From positions 1 through 61,835 of the forward strand of contig JBCCQY010000046.1 of the NCBI GenBank assembly GCA_039208735.1: a DNA stretch of 61,835 nt. Reading direction: 5' to 3'. Both the position numbers and the translations under genes were made by a program. The notes beneath the pieces were generated by a model that saw only the letters and a list, made by a program, of their open reading frames with translations, made no database searches and had not been told where the DNA came from. Positions within the stretch are counted from its first letter, which is position 1; each line of letters opens with the position of its first letter. Shown piece by piece: positions 44,467-53,339 of the stretch. This stretch comes from Myxococcota bacterium (GTDB lineage Bacteria > Myxococcota_A > UBA796 > GCA-2862545).

Positions 44467-46245
44467 TCATTTGGACTCCTGCACGCAAGAGCGGTGGGGG
44501 GAGATGGCCTGGGCGACGCGGTTTGGAACGGGCCACGGTAAACCGAGCCATTGGGCCTCGATCAGCGCCGCGGCAATGGGCGCCGTCACGCTGCCCTTGG
44601 AGCCATGGGCCACGGACACGGCGCCGGTTGGGGTCTGGCCTACGATGGGCGCATGGTCAGCGGCCTTGAAGCGCACGCCGGACCACCGTTCGTTCGGGGG
44701 TCCGACGTCGACGCCAAAGCGCTCGCGGGCTTTCGCCACCAGCTCCGGCCCCTCCTCGGTTGGGACCTCTTCACCGCGATGGCGCGACGCACCGACGACC
44801 GTGCCGTCCGGCGTGTCGAAGAGGTAGACCCCACCCGCCACCGCGATCCGGGCCCGCAGGGGGCGCCCCGCTGCGCGTACCACGGTTCCGGCAACCGGCG
44901 CGGCCGTAAGACCGGGTGGGGGGCGCCCTGTGCAGTGGACGACCCAGCCCTTAGGGATCTCGGTGGTCGACCATCGCACGTCGATCCCTTCGAGCAGGTG
45001 AGCGACTGCACGAGGGCCGTCAAGCCAGCCCGCTGCGGACTGGGCGTAGCCTTCCCGTTCGGTCGTTCCCGAAGGATGGGGGAACGCCCCAAGCCAAGGA
45101 GACCCTCGCCAGCGGTCAGGAATCTTGACGTGGTGCTCGGCGAGTTTTCCCGTGCGTCGTGCCATCGCGAAGGTCTCGAAGGGCACGAGGGCACTGCCGT
45201 AGACCCAACGCAATGCCCAGCCGGCCTGGGTGAGCTGCGACACGGGGTCGGGACCGGCGGCCAGATGAGGCCGACACAACAGCCACGGATTCGAGGCTCC
45301 CGCCCCTCGGTCGACGACGGTCACCGTACAACCTTGATCGTGGAGGAACCGGGCCACACACGCCCCCGCAAGCCCTGCCCCGATCACCGTGATGGCTCCG
45401 CCGCGGGACACGGCGGCGGAGCGAGCGCCCGTGTAGTGCCCGACGAGGCGATGGCGTTTGCCGGCGAATCCTGGCTTGCGCTCCACCGTAAACCCTGCGT
45501 CTTGCAACCCTCGCCGTACGGCGCTTGCCGCGGTGTAGGTGGTCACCGGAGCCCCCGCGACACAGTGCTTGCCGATGGCGGCGAGCACTTCGGGGGTCCA
45601 CATCGCGGGGTTCCGAGCGGGGGCGAAGCCATCGAGAAACACCGCATCGATCGAGGCCACTAGCCCATCGAGGGCGGTTTGTACGTCGTCTTGGAGCAGG
45701 AGGAGGTGGACGCGACCGGGCACCACCCGAATCAAGAAACTCCCGCGGTGGGGCGGGGGCATGGCTTCGTGCCACGAGCGGTCAAAGCCAGATGGCAACT
45801 CGGTAATGGGGGAACGCTGGAGGGCCTGCGTTCGAGCTTCAGGCGTGAGCGGATGCGCTTCGATCGACACGAAGGTCAGGCACCCGCGTTGGGTATGGGC
45901 GAGCCAGGCCGCGGCCGCCAGCCGGAAGTTGAGGCCCGTACCAAAGCCGGTCTCGAGAATGGCAAAGGGTTGACCCTGGGCATTGGCGAACCGCCGTGGA
46001 AGGTCAATGCCGTCGATGAAAAGCGCCTCGGACTCGGCCCGCGCCCCCGCACGGGAGGCATAGCGGTCGTCGTAGTCGAGGCTCTGAAGCCCGCCGTCGT
46101 CGGTCGGGACGACGCGGGCCGGGGAAAGAACAGGGCGAAACCGGTCAGAGATCGACGCGAACCGAGGCGAACACGGTGCGGCCCCGCTGGGGCAACTGGT
46201 CGATGATGAGATCGTCGCCGCCGGGGTGGACCACGGGGAAGTCAA
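44467..46245 (-). CDS. mnmC: Bifunctional tRNA mnm5s2U biosynthesis protein MnmC (methyltransferase + FAD oxidoreductase)
   Basis: ETGFGTGLNF, FVSIEAHP, FLDGFAPARNPAMW, TYTAAS.VRRGL, KPGFAGKR, GAGLAG, HGSKG; start uncertain. Confidence 0.88.
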   Translation of the reverse strand: MTSPWSTPAATISSSTSCPSGAAPCSPRFASISDRFRPVLSPARVVPTDDGGLQSLDYDDRYASRAGARAESEALFIDGIDLPRRFANAQGQPFAILETGFGTGLNFRLAAAAWLAHTQRGCLTFVSIEAHPLTPEARTQALQRSPITELPSGFDRSWHEAMPPPHRGSFLIRVVPGRVHLLLLQDDVQTALDGLVASIDAVFLDGFAPARNPAMWTPEVLAAIGKHCVAGAPVTTYTAASAVRRGLQDAGFTVERKPGFAGKRHRLVGHYTGARSAAVSRGGAITVIGAGLAGACVARFLHDQGCTVTVVDRGAGASNPWLLCRPHLAAGPDPVSQLTQAGWALRWVYGSALVPFETFAMARRTGKLAEHHVKIPDRWRGSPWLGAFPHPSGTTEREGYAQSAAGWLDGPRAVAHLLEGIDVRWSTTEIPKGWVVHCTGRPPPGLTAAPVAGTVVRAAGRPLRARIAVAGGVYLFDTPDGTVVGASRHRGEEVPTEEGPELVAKARERFGVDVGPPNERWSGVRFKAADHAPIVGQTPTGAVSVAHGSKGSVTAPIAAALIEAQWLGLPWPVPNRVAQAISPHRSCVQESK

Positions 46246-49060
46246 GTAGGTTGCGGACTCCGAGTCCGTACCGCACGTTCGGCTTGGCCACTCGGCCGAT
46301 GAGCGTCACGTCCCAGATGACCGCGCCCTGCGTGGTGTCGCCCGCGTTGGTGAGGCGATTCGTTTCGGCACGGACCTTGTGCGACATCTGCAGCTGGCTC
46401 GACAGAGGGATCGACCCGATGATGGAGGCCATCCATTCCGGCGAGTTGGTGATGGGCTGGGGCCGCTCGGAGGGAGGCGTGTCGTCCCCTTCGAAGAGCG
46501 TGTTCAGGCGCGTCCGCTGGTACGACAGCTGGGCCGCGACCATCCAACCCGACCGCCACCAACGCCGGATTTCAGCTTCGGCCCCGAGCGTCACGATGGG
46601 CTGCTGTGACGAGGTGTAGCGGAAGACCCCTGCATCGGGGTCGGCCTTGGTGCCGAGCTTGTCCTTCAGCTCGCCAAGCGGCACATCTTCGGTTTCCACC
46701 AGGTCGTCGATGCGGTTGTAGTACGCATTGACGGTGGAGGTGAGCACCTGGTCGAAGCGGTGGGTCCATTCGAACTCGGCCGTCTGAATCGTCTCTGGCA
46801 CGAGGTCGATGGCTGGCAAGCTCGAGATACCCGAGTCGTTGAAGAAGAACTCGAAGGGCGAAGGCGCGCGGAAGGCGGTGCCCCCAATCACCTTGATGAC
46901 CTCATTGCCTGGGCTTAGGATGAGCGAAGCACGGGGGTTGATCGTCGAGAAGTCCCGGTCGACGATGCGATAGGAGTCCACGCGACCGCCAACGTTCAAC
47001 CGAAAGATTTTTCCGGGGTGGAAGTCGGCCAGCGCGTATCCCGAGTAAATCTGGGTGGGGATCGGGATGTCCACGGCTTGCGCGAAAGGCTCCTCGTCGA
47101 GCGCTTCCCGTTCGAAGCTGCGCAGCTCAGCCAGGAAGAACTGGCGAGTTTCGGCGCCGATGGTGACGTCGAAGATGTCGCCGAACCGCTGGTTGACCTG
47201 CGCGAGCGCCCCGAGGCCGTTCTCGTAGTGGTCATCCTGGAAGATGTAGCGCGGTTCGTAGGGGAAGTTCGTGCGGTTGCCGAAGTGATCGTAGAACACG
47301 CGCAGGTTCAGGCGAGTGTTGTTGATCTCGCCCACGTAGCGGCCTTCGAGGAAGGCCCGACGGTCCAGTGCGATGGTGCGAGGATCGCCGAGACGGGTGC
47401 CGAAAAAGCCGTTGGGCACGAAGCGCTCGCGCTCCGAAAGGTAGCCCTGAACCACGAAGTCCCCGCTCCATGCCTTGCCCATGAGGTGACGGGCGTAGGT
47501 GTCGTCCTGGTCCGAGAAACCACCCGAGAACCGGTCCTCTGCGTACTCGTCGAAGAAGAACATGCGGCGGTGGTTGTACAGCCCGTTGGCCGAAATGTAG
47601 AAACCGCGGTCATCCTTGCTGGCTCCTACGGAAACCCTCGCACGAACACCGTTATTGGCAGCCGAAAGTACCGCATGATTGGTGATCTCGTCGCCGCGGC
47701 CCTTCGTGACCACGTTGATGACGCCAAACACCGCATTCGAACCATATAGCGCCGAACCCGGGCCCCGCACGAACTCGATTCGCGTCACATCTTCAAGGTC
47801 ACCCAAAAAGTCGTTCCCCGCCTGGGAAGAACCGATGAAGTTGTCGTTCGTCCGGTGCCCATCGAGGGTCACGAGAACCCGGTTACCGTAATCCCCGAGG
47901 CGGTTGAACCCGCGAATTCCGAGCGACTCGTAGGCGAGGTCGTCGGTGGAGTAGACGCCACGTAGGCCCTGCAAGGCTTCGATGACGGTCTGATAGCCAA
48001 ACGCCTGGAGTTCTTCTTTGGGAATCAGGTTGACGCTGGCTGGTGCCTCGGCCACGTCCTGGGCGTAGCGGCTGGCCGCCGTAACCGTGAAGATCGGGTC
48101 CAGCGAAACGCGGCCCAGATCCGTCGATTCGCCTTCCTGGATGTCGACAACGGTTTGGTAGGGCGCATAGCCGCGAGCCGAAAGCCGAACCTCGTGCTTT
48201 CCGATCGTGACGTCGGGGATGACGAGGGGGGTGTAGCCGGCGGGTTGTCCGTCGATCTCGACCAAGGCGGCCCGAAGGTCAGCGTCGACCACCAGGGCTC
48301 CGGTGATGGCCGCCAGATCGGCGGTGACCGGGACTTCCTGCCCTTCCACCACGTCAACGACTTTGGGCAGCGTGCGGTAGCCGGGCTTGTCGAAGAAGAG
48401 GAACTGACGTCCTTCGGGAAGGTCGAGCATGCAGGGCACTTGGCACTGAGGCTCGGCATCTTCTCGACCAATGCGAATGTTGGCCCCGTCGACCCCCGCG
48501 ACGTCCACCTGGCCGACGATCGGCACCAAATCGACCTCGATGGCTTCGGCCTTCATGCCGGCCTGGAGCATCGTGGGGTCGGTCGAGACCTCCTCGTAGC
48601 CTTCGCGCTCGAAAATGAAGGTGTACCGACCCGGGCGAACCGGAATCTCGAGGGGGGTCGTCCCTACCGCGCCGAGGTTCTTCCGCTGCAGGTAGACCGT
48701 TGCCCCCGGCGGATCGGAGTCAACCTTCACGATCGCGACATTGCGTCGGAGCTGAACGAGGGTCTTCTCGATGCGTTTGTTGGTTTCGTCGTCGGGCAAC
48801 GCGTCGTCGTACGCATCCTGATACCAGCGATACGCTTCGGGATACCGACGCAATTGCTCGTAGGTGAGCCCGATGTTGAACATGACGTTGCGGTTTTCGG
48901 ACAGCCGGTTGCTGACCATGAAGTGAAACAGGGCCTTCTCGAAGTCCCCTGCCGCATACGACTTGCGTGCGATCTGGAAGTTGACCTCGGCCTCGTCCGC
49001 GGTGTTTCCCGCCCATGCGGGCTGGAACATCACGAACAATGCCCAAAAGATGGCAGTCAT
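46145..49060 (-). CDS. TonB-dependent receptor with N-terminal TPR and tandem PEGA domains
   Basis: Signal peptide; TPR (FNIGLTYEQL..Y.EA); PEGA (SDPPGATV...GTTPL); plug VTAASR..Q...EAPASV, IRGF, IEFVRGPGSALYGSNA.FGVIN; GVRNLLD near the C-terminus. Confidence 0.92.
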   Translation of the reverse strand: MTAIFWALFVMFQPAWAGNTADEAEVNFQIARKSYAAGDFEKALFHFMVSNRLSENRNVMFNIGLTYEQLRRYPEAYRWYQDAYDDALPDDETNKRIEKTLVQLRRNVAIVKVDSDPPGATVYLQRKNLGAVGTTPLEIPVRPGRYTFIFEREGYEEVSTDPTMLQAGMKAEAIEVDLVPIVGQVDVAGVDGANIRIGREDAEPQCQVPCMLDLPEGRQFLFFDKPGYRTLPKVVDVVEGQEVPVTADLAAITGALVVDADLRAALVEIDGQPAGYTPLVIPDVTIGKHEVRLSARGYAPYQTVVDIQEGESTDLGRVSLDPIFTVTAASRYAQDVAEAPASVNLIPKEELQAFGYQTVIEALQGLRGVYSTDDLAYESLGIRGFNRLGDYGNRVLVTLDGHRTNDNFIGSSQAGNDFLGDLEDVTRIEFVRGPGSALYGSNAVFGVINVVTKGRGDEITNHAVLSAANNGVRARVSVGASKDDRGFYISANGLYNHRRMFFFDEYAEDRFSGGFSDQDDTYARHLMGKAWSGDFVVQGYLSERERFVPNGFFGTRLGDPRTIALDRRAFLEGRYVGEINNTRLNLRVFYDHFGNRTNFPYEPRYIFQDDHYENGLGALAQVNQRFGDIFDVTIGAETRQFFLAELRSFEREALDEEPFAQAVDIPIPTQIYSGYALADFHPGKIFRLNVGGRVDSYRIVDRDFSTINPRASLILSPGNEVIKVIGGTAFRAPSPFEFFFNDSGISSLPAIDLVPETIQTAEFEWTHRFDQVLTSTVNAYYNRIDDLVETEDVPLGELKDKLGTKADPDAGVFRYTSSQQPIVTLGAEAEIRRWWRSGWMVAAQLSYQRTRLNTLFEGDDTPPSERPQPITNSPEWMASIIGSIPLSSQLQMSHKVRAETNRLTNAGDTTQGAVIWDVTLIGRVAKPNVRYGLGVRNLLDFPVVHPGGDDLIIDQLPQRGRTVFASVRVDL

Positions 49061-49178
49061 CGGGCCTCCGACCGCGCCTTGGGGGCGGCGCGCGGAAAAA
49101 ATGGAGGTTGGCCCAGGTGAAATCGTCAGTGGGGCGATCGGTCCTGGTGCGCGAATGTCTCACGCCGGACGATCGCTG

Positions 49179-50216
49179 TCAACCGATGTCGATCACCAAA
49201 ACGGTTACGTCGTCGCGAGGCCGCAGCGGGCGGTTGTGATCGCTGACCAACTGCCGGAGTCGGTCGCGAAGGGTCGCTCCGCTAGGATCGTCTGTGGATT
49301 GCTCACAGAGTGTCCGGATGGCGCGTTCGCCCAATTGTTGACCCTGCGCGTTCTCGGCCTCAGGAACCCCGTCGGTAAACAACACCAACCGATCTCCGGG
49401 GGTCACTGCGATGCTGAGTTTGGCGTACGACACCGCCGGCTGGGACCCCAACGGGGGTTCGCGATCGCTTTGGACGAGCTTCCACTCGCCCTCGGAAAGC
49501 AGCAACGGGGCTCGGTGTCCCGCGTTGGCGAGTTGCAGCTCGCCCTTCCCCTTCGCCGTCGTGATGGCGATGCTCGTCGACATGAAGTCGTGCTTGGCGG
49601 CTTCCACAACCACGCGATTGAGCATGCGTAGAAGCTGGTTGGGCTGCAACTGGGCCCTCATCCCCATTCGCGCAAGATCACATGCGCCTCGAATCACGGC
49701 CGTGATCAACGCGGCGGGGGCGCCATGGCCCGTCACGTCGCCCATGACGATCAGTCCGCGGTCGTCGTCGAGGGAGTGAGCACTCCACCAGTCGCCACCG
49801 CACGCTGCGGCGGGTTGGTACCACGAATGAACGACGGCCCCTGGCACGGGGGTCTCGGCGGGGGGCACCAGCTGACGTTGCACAGTTCCCGCACGCTGGA
49901 GTTCGGCGTGGCTCGTCCAGATGGGAACGGTGAGTCGGGTGAGGCTTTCGATCGACAGGGCAAGGTTTCCGACTTGCGTCCAGAGGTCACCAAGCGAGCG
50001 GGGGACCTGGGTGGCCGTATCGGCCAGGGTAGGACGGTCGGGCCAACCGAAGGCGGGTCCGGCGAGGGCCACGGCATTGACAACGGCCTGTTCGTCTTGC
50101 CGTTGGGCTGCCAAATCGATCGCGCCGATCGTCCGGGTCAGCTCTTCGATGGCGGCCCGCAGCGCTTCGGTCTCCGCCCGAAAACGCTCTTCCTCGTTCC
50201 CGTCCTCCTCACTCAC
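49179..50216 (-). CDS. SpoIIE/RsbU-type PP2C serine phosphatase
   Basis: GGDWW, GDVTGHG, NAGH, FTDG, DDVT; helical N-terminus with no recognisable sensor. Confidence 0.93.
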   Translation of the reverse strand: MSEEDGNEEERFRAETEALRAAIEELTRTIGAIDLAAQRQDEQAVVNAVALAGPAFGWPDRPTLADTATQVPRSLGDLWTQVGNLALSIESLTRLTVPIWTSHAELQRAGTVQRQLVPPAETPVPGAVVHSWYQPAAACGGDWWSAHSLDDDRGLIVMGDVTGHGAPAALITAVIRGACDLARMGMRAQLQPNQLLRMLNRVVVEAAKHDFMSTSIAITTAKGKGELQLANAGHRAPLLLSEGEWKLVQSDREPPLGSQPAVSYAKLSIAVTPGDRLVLFTDGVPEAENAQGQQLGERAIRTLCEQSTDDPSGATLRDRLRQLVSDHNRPLRPRDDVTVLVIDIG

Positions 50217-51160
50217 CGCGGACTCCCCTCGACGTAGTAAAGCGAGCGAGGGAGCCCCCGCTGCTCACGCTGGACCACCGTACGGTCGAGCGTCCATGAC
50301 ACCAGCGTCAAATGGTGAGGTACCACCTCGACGCGAAACACGGCAGCGGTGTTGAAGAGGTTGAAGAGTCCGAGGCCAGCGCCGCCCTGCGAAATGTCAA
50401 GGACGGAACTTGAATGACTGCTGCGGCCCGAGCGGGCCCGCAAGATGCCTCCGAAGACCCGGCCTCGAGGAAGTCGGCCGAACGGATCCGCAGCATCGAG
50501 CGAAAGGTGTGAGCTATCGACGGTCAGCCGCAGGGTGGGCACCTCGTCGGGTTGCAGTTCGATGTTGGCTCGTCGGTCGGCGGCGTACTTGGGTCGTCCG
50601 AGGGAGTCGACGGGTGCGTCGTACATCGCGTTCATAAGCAGTTCATGCGCCGCATCGGCCGCCGCGGCAGCGAGCCGCGTGTTGATGCCAAATCGCATGG
50701 CCACGACTTCGACCGCCCGAACGGCTTGGTCCCGCTCGGCGGAGGTCCGAGGGTGCCAGGTCACGGTGCTTGCGCCCCACAGCAGCAGGTCTGCAGAGGT
50801 CGGTGGGGACTCACTTGGCGCCATGGCTCGGCGAGTGATGTAGGACAGCTCCCAGGGACGCACCCCGACCTTCCGCCACGCCAAAAACCCCATCACCTGG
50901 GGAAATCGTATTGCGGCGGTAAGCAAGGGCTCCTCAATCCTCTGGCTTAGGACGAGCACCTTGGCTTCGGGGTAGCGGGGCAGCCACTCCAGGGCTTCCG
51001 CCAGGCGCGTTTGGTCGGTCACGAAGAGCCGAAGCGGACCCCGCAGTTGGTCGAGGACGTGCGGAACGGATGTACCCGTCGCCAGGGGAGCGCCGGAGGC
51101 TGCGCTGGTCATGCAACGTCCGACCCCCGAGATGGCCCCTTCATCGATGGCCAAGGCCAT
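50213..51160 (-). CDS. RsbW/SpoIIAB-like HATPase (putative serine kinase) with a degenerate receiver-like N-terminus
   Basis: N-box AHELLMNAMYDA, DPFG, G2 GGAGLGL; no H-box; start 51160 or 51112. Confidence 0.7.
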   Translation of the reverse strand: MALAIDEGAISGVGRCMTSAASGAPLATGTSVPHVLDQLRGPLRLFVTDQTRLAEALEWLPRYPEAKVLVLSQRIEEPLLTAAIRFPQVMGFLAWRKVGVRPWELSYITRRAMAPSESPPTSADLLLWGASTVTWHPRTSAERDQAVRAVEVVAMRFGINTRLAAAAADAAHELLMNAMYDAPVDSLGRPKYAADRRANIELQPDEVPTLRLTVDSSHLSLDAADPFGRLPRGRVFGGILRARSGRSSHSSSVLDISQGGAGLGLFNLFNTAAVFRVEVVPHHLTLVSWTLDRTVVQREQRGLPRSLYYVEGSPR

Positions 51161-51173
51161 TTGGGGGGGGCCC

Positions 51174-53339
51174 TCAACCACGTCGCGGTCCGGGGAAGAA
51201 GGCAGCAAGGCAGCCGCGTCGTTCGGCAGGCCCCGGGTCGCTCGCGTGATGCGAATGATCCGGCATCGACAGTGACATCAGCTCGAAGCCCGACAGGTCG
51301 GACTCGATGACGAGGTCCCCACCGCACCGCGTGCAGCCGGCCCGAAAAATGACGGGAGACCGACCCCGGAGGCTGCCAAGGTCGACGATCTGCTGCCGGG
51401 ACAATCCACAGGACTTGCAGGTTGCGGCCACCTGCAGCGAGACCACCCGCAGGACCCCTCGAAGACTGGGCCGCTGACTCAACGCGTCGCATACCGCGAT
51501 GGGGGTGCCCACCAGCTCGAGCGCCACGATCTCGGGTGAGATGCGATCAAAGGCGTCAACGAAGGCGGCGATACCGGACTTGGTCGTCGTGGCGCATTCG
51601 GACAGATCGAGTTTCACGACCCCTTCGAGTCCACGAACCACGCGACCCCACCGTGCGTCGCTGCGCAAGGGACGGCGAATGTAGAGGGTCGAGACGTGGC
51701 CATCGACCGTCAATTCCACATCGAGCTTGCGCGCCCGGGCCTCGACCTGGCTCAGCACCGTCCGGATGTGTTCGGGCGGTACGGGCAAGAAGTCTTCGGC
51801 GAAGTGGAAGTACAGGCGCGGGTCGTCGTCAAACTCCGCGGCCCGACTGGGGTCGGAGGGGGACGGCACCACCGGCAGTTCGTGATGCAGCACAGCACGC
51901 TCGGCCGTCTCGCCCGAGAGCACCTCGGTAAACGCAGAACCCGTGATGGGGTCGATGAAAGGGGCTTGGAACGACAAGATTTTGCCGCCACCCAGCAGCC
52001 CGCGAATCATCGTGACCTGGTTTACGAACGGCACCGAGCAACGAACGAAGTACAGGTTTTGAACGTTGGCCCTGGCCTGGCCAAGCAGGCCGATCAGCGA
52101 TCGGATGCCGTAGCTCGTGATGCGGGACACATCATGGGTATCGATCACGACCTCGCCCCGAATGGCATCGATGAGCGGAGCGGGGTCGAAACGTTCGTCG
52201 AGCACGCCGTGAAGCGTCACGACCGCCACCCCAGATTCGCGGCGAAGGGTCGCGTGTTCGGTATCGATCGGGGCCAGCACGACCGGCGGGGTGGGCACGG
52301 GGACTTCCGTGAGCTCCCGGACCGGAGTTTCGACCTCGATGGCTTGAGGCATGCTGGGGTCGGACGCGGCAAGCTCGGCTGCATCGAGTCGCGGACGGGG
52401 GCCAAGCACGGCTTCGACGAGGTTTGAGAACCCGACCGTCGACACAAAGAGGCTGTGGTCCTGAGCGAACTTCTCGATGTCTTCCAGCATTGCCCGAGCC
52501 GTGGGGTAGCGATCCTGGGGGCGCTTTTGCAACGCGCGCAGGACGATGCGCTCCAGTTCGGGCGACAGTCGCGGGTTGATGCGGCGCGGGTCAGGAACCG
52601 GGTCGTCGATGATGCTGCGCATCGTGTCGTAGGCGTTCTTCCCACGGTGCGGCACGGTCCCCGTGAGCAACTGGTAGAACACCACGCCCAGGGCATAGAT
52701 GTCGGTGCGACGGTCGATCGAACCGCCCCCACACTGCTCGGGCGCCATGTAGAGGACTTTGCCCTTGAGCACGCCCGAATCGGTCGGCGCATTCATCTGA
52801 GTGGACTTGGCAATGCCGAAGTCCAACAACTTCACGCCGCCGTCGTAGGTGAGATAGACGTTTTGCGGCGACACATCGCGGTGGACGATGCCTTGGAGGT
52901 TGCGTCCGTCGGGTCTCGCGCGGTCGTGGGCATAGTGAAGGCCCGAAAGCACACCGCGCACCACATACAAGACTTGGTCGAGGGTGAGCACTTCACCCTT
53001 GGCGTGGGCTTGGCGCCGGAACTGTTGAAGATCGGCTCCTTCGAGGAACTCCATCACCATCACGAGTTCGGACCCGCTCTGGATGACGTCGTAGGTCTGG
53101 ACGATGTTGGGGTGCTGCAACGTGCTCGCAAGACGGGCCTCGTCGAGGAACATCGCCATGAACTCTTGGTCGCCCGCGTGAGCCGGGAGCATGCGCTTGA
53201 GGGCAACCCGCTTGGTGACGTCGCCAACCCCGATGGACTCGCCCAGGTACAGTTCCGCCATGCCTCCCGTCGCGATGCGACGGAGGAAGCGGTATTGCGA
53301 ACGTCCCGACATGCTGGTCTCCGACCCGGTCGACGTCAT
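51174..53339 (-). CDS. Hanks-type Ser/Thr kinase fused to two STAS-like domains and a C-terminal Zn ribbon
   Basis: GGMAELY, VALK, HRDVSPQN, DFGIAK, YMAPE; VTLHGVLDE...DVSRITSYGI; CKSC...CTRC. Confidence 0.9.
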   Translation of the reverse strand: MTSTGSETSMSGRSQYRFLRRIATGGMAELYLGESIGVGDVTKRVALKRMLPAHAGDQEFMAMFLDEARLASTLQHPNIVQTYDVIQSGSELVMVMEFLEGADLQQFRRQAHAKGEVLTLDQVLYVVRGVLSGLHYAHDRARPDGRNLQGIVHRDVSPQNVYLTYDGGVKLLDFGIAKSTQMNAPTDSGVLKGKVLYMAPEQCGGGSIDRRTDIYALGVVFYQLLTGTVPHRGKNAYDTMRSIIDDPVPDPRRINPRLSPELERIVLRALQKRPQDRYPTARAMLEDIEKFAQDHSLFVSTVGFSNLVEAVLGPRPRLDAAELAASDPSMPQAIEVETPVRELTEVPVPTPPVVLAPIDTEHATLRRESGVAVVTLHGVLDERFDPAPLIDAIRGEVVIDTHDVSRITSYGIRSLIGLLGQARANVQNLYFVRCSVPFVNQVTMIRGLLGGGKILSFQAPFIDPITGSAFTEVLSGETAERAVLHHELPVVPSPSDPSRAAEFDDDPRLYFHFAEDFLPVPPEHIRTVLSQVEARARKLDVELTVDGHVSTLYIRRPLRSDARWGRVVRGLEGVVKLDLSECATTTKSGIAAFVDAFDRISPEIVALELVGTPIAVCDALSQRPSLRGVLRVVSLQVAATCKSCGLSRQQIVDLGSLRGRSPVIFRAGCTRCGGDLVIESDLSGFELMSLSMPDHSHHASDPGPAERRGCLAAFFPGPRRG

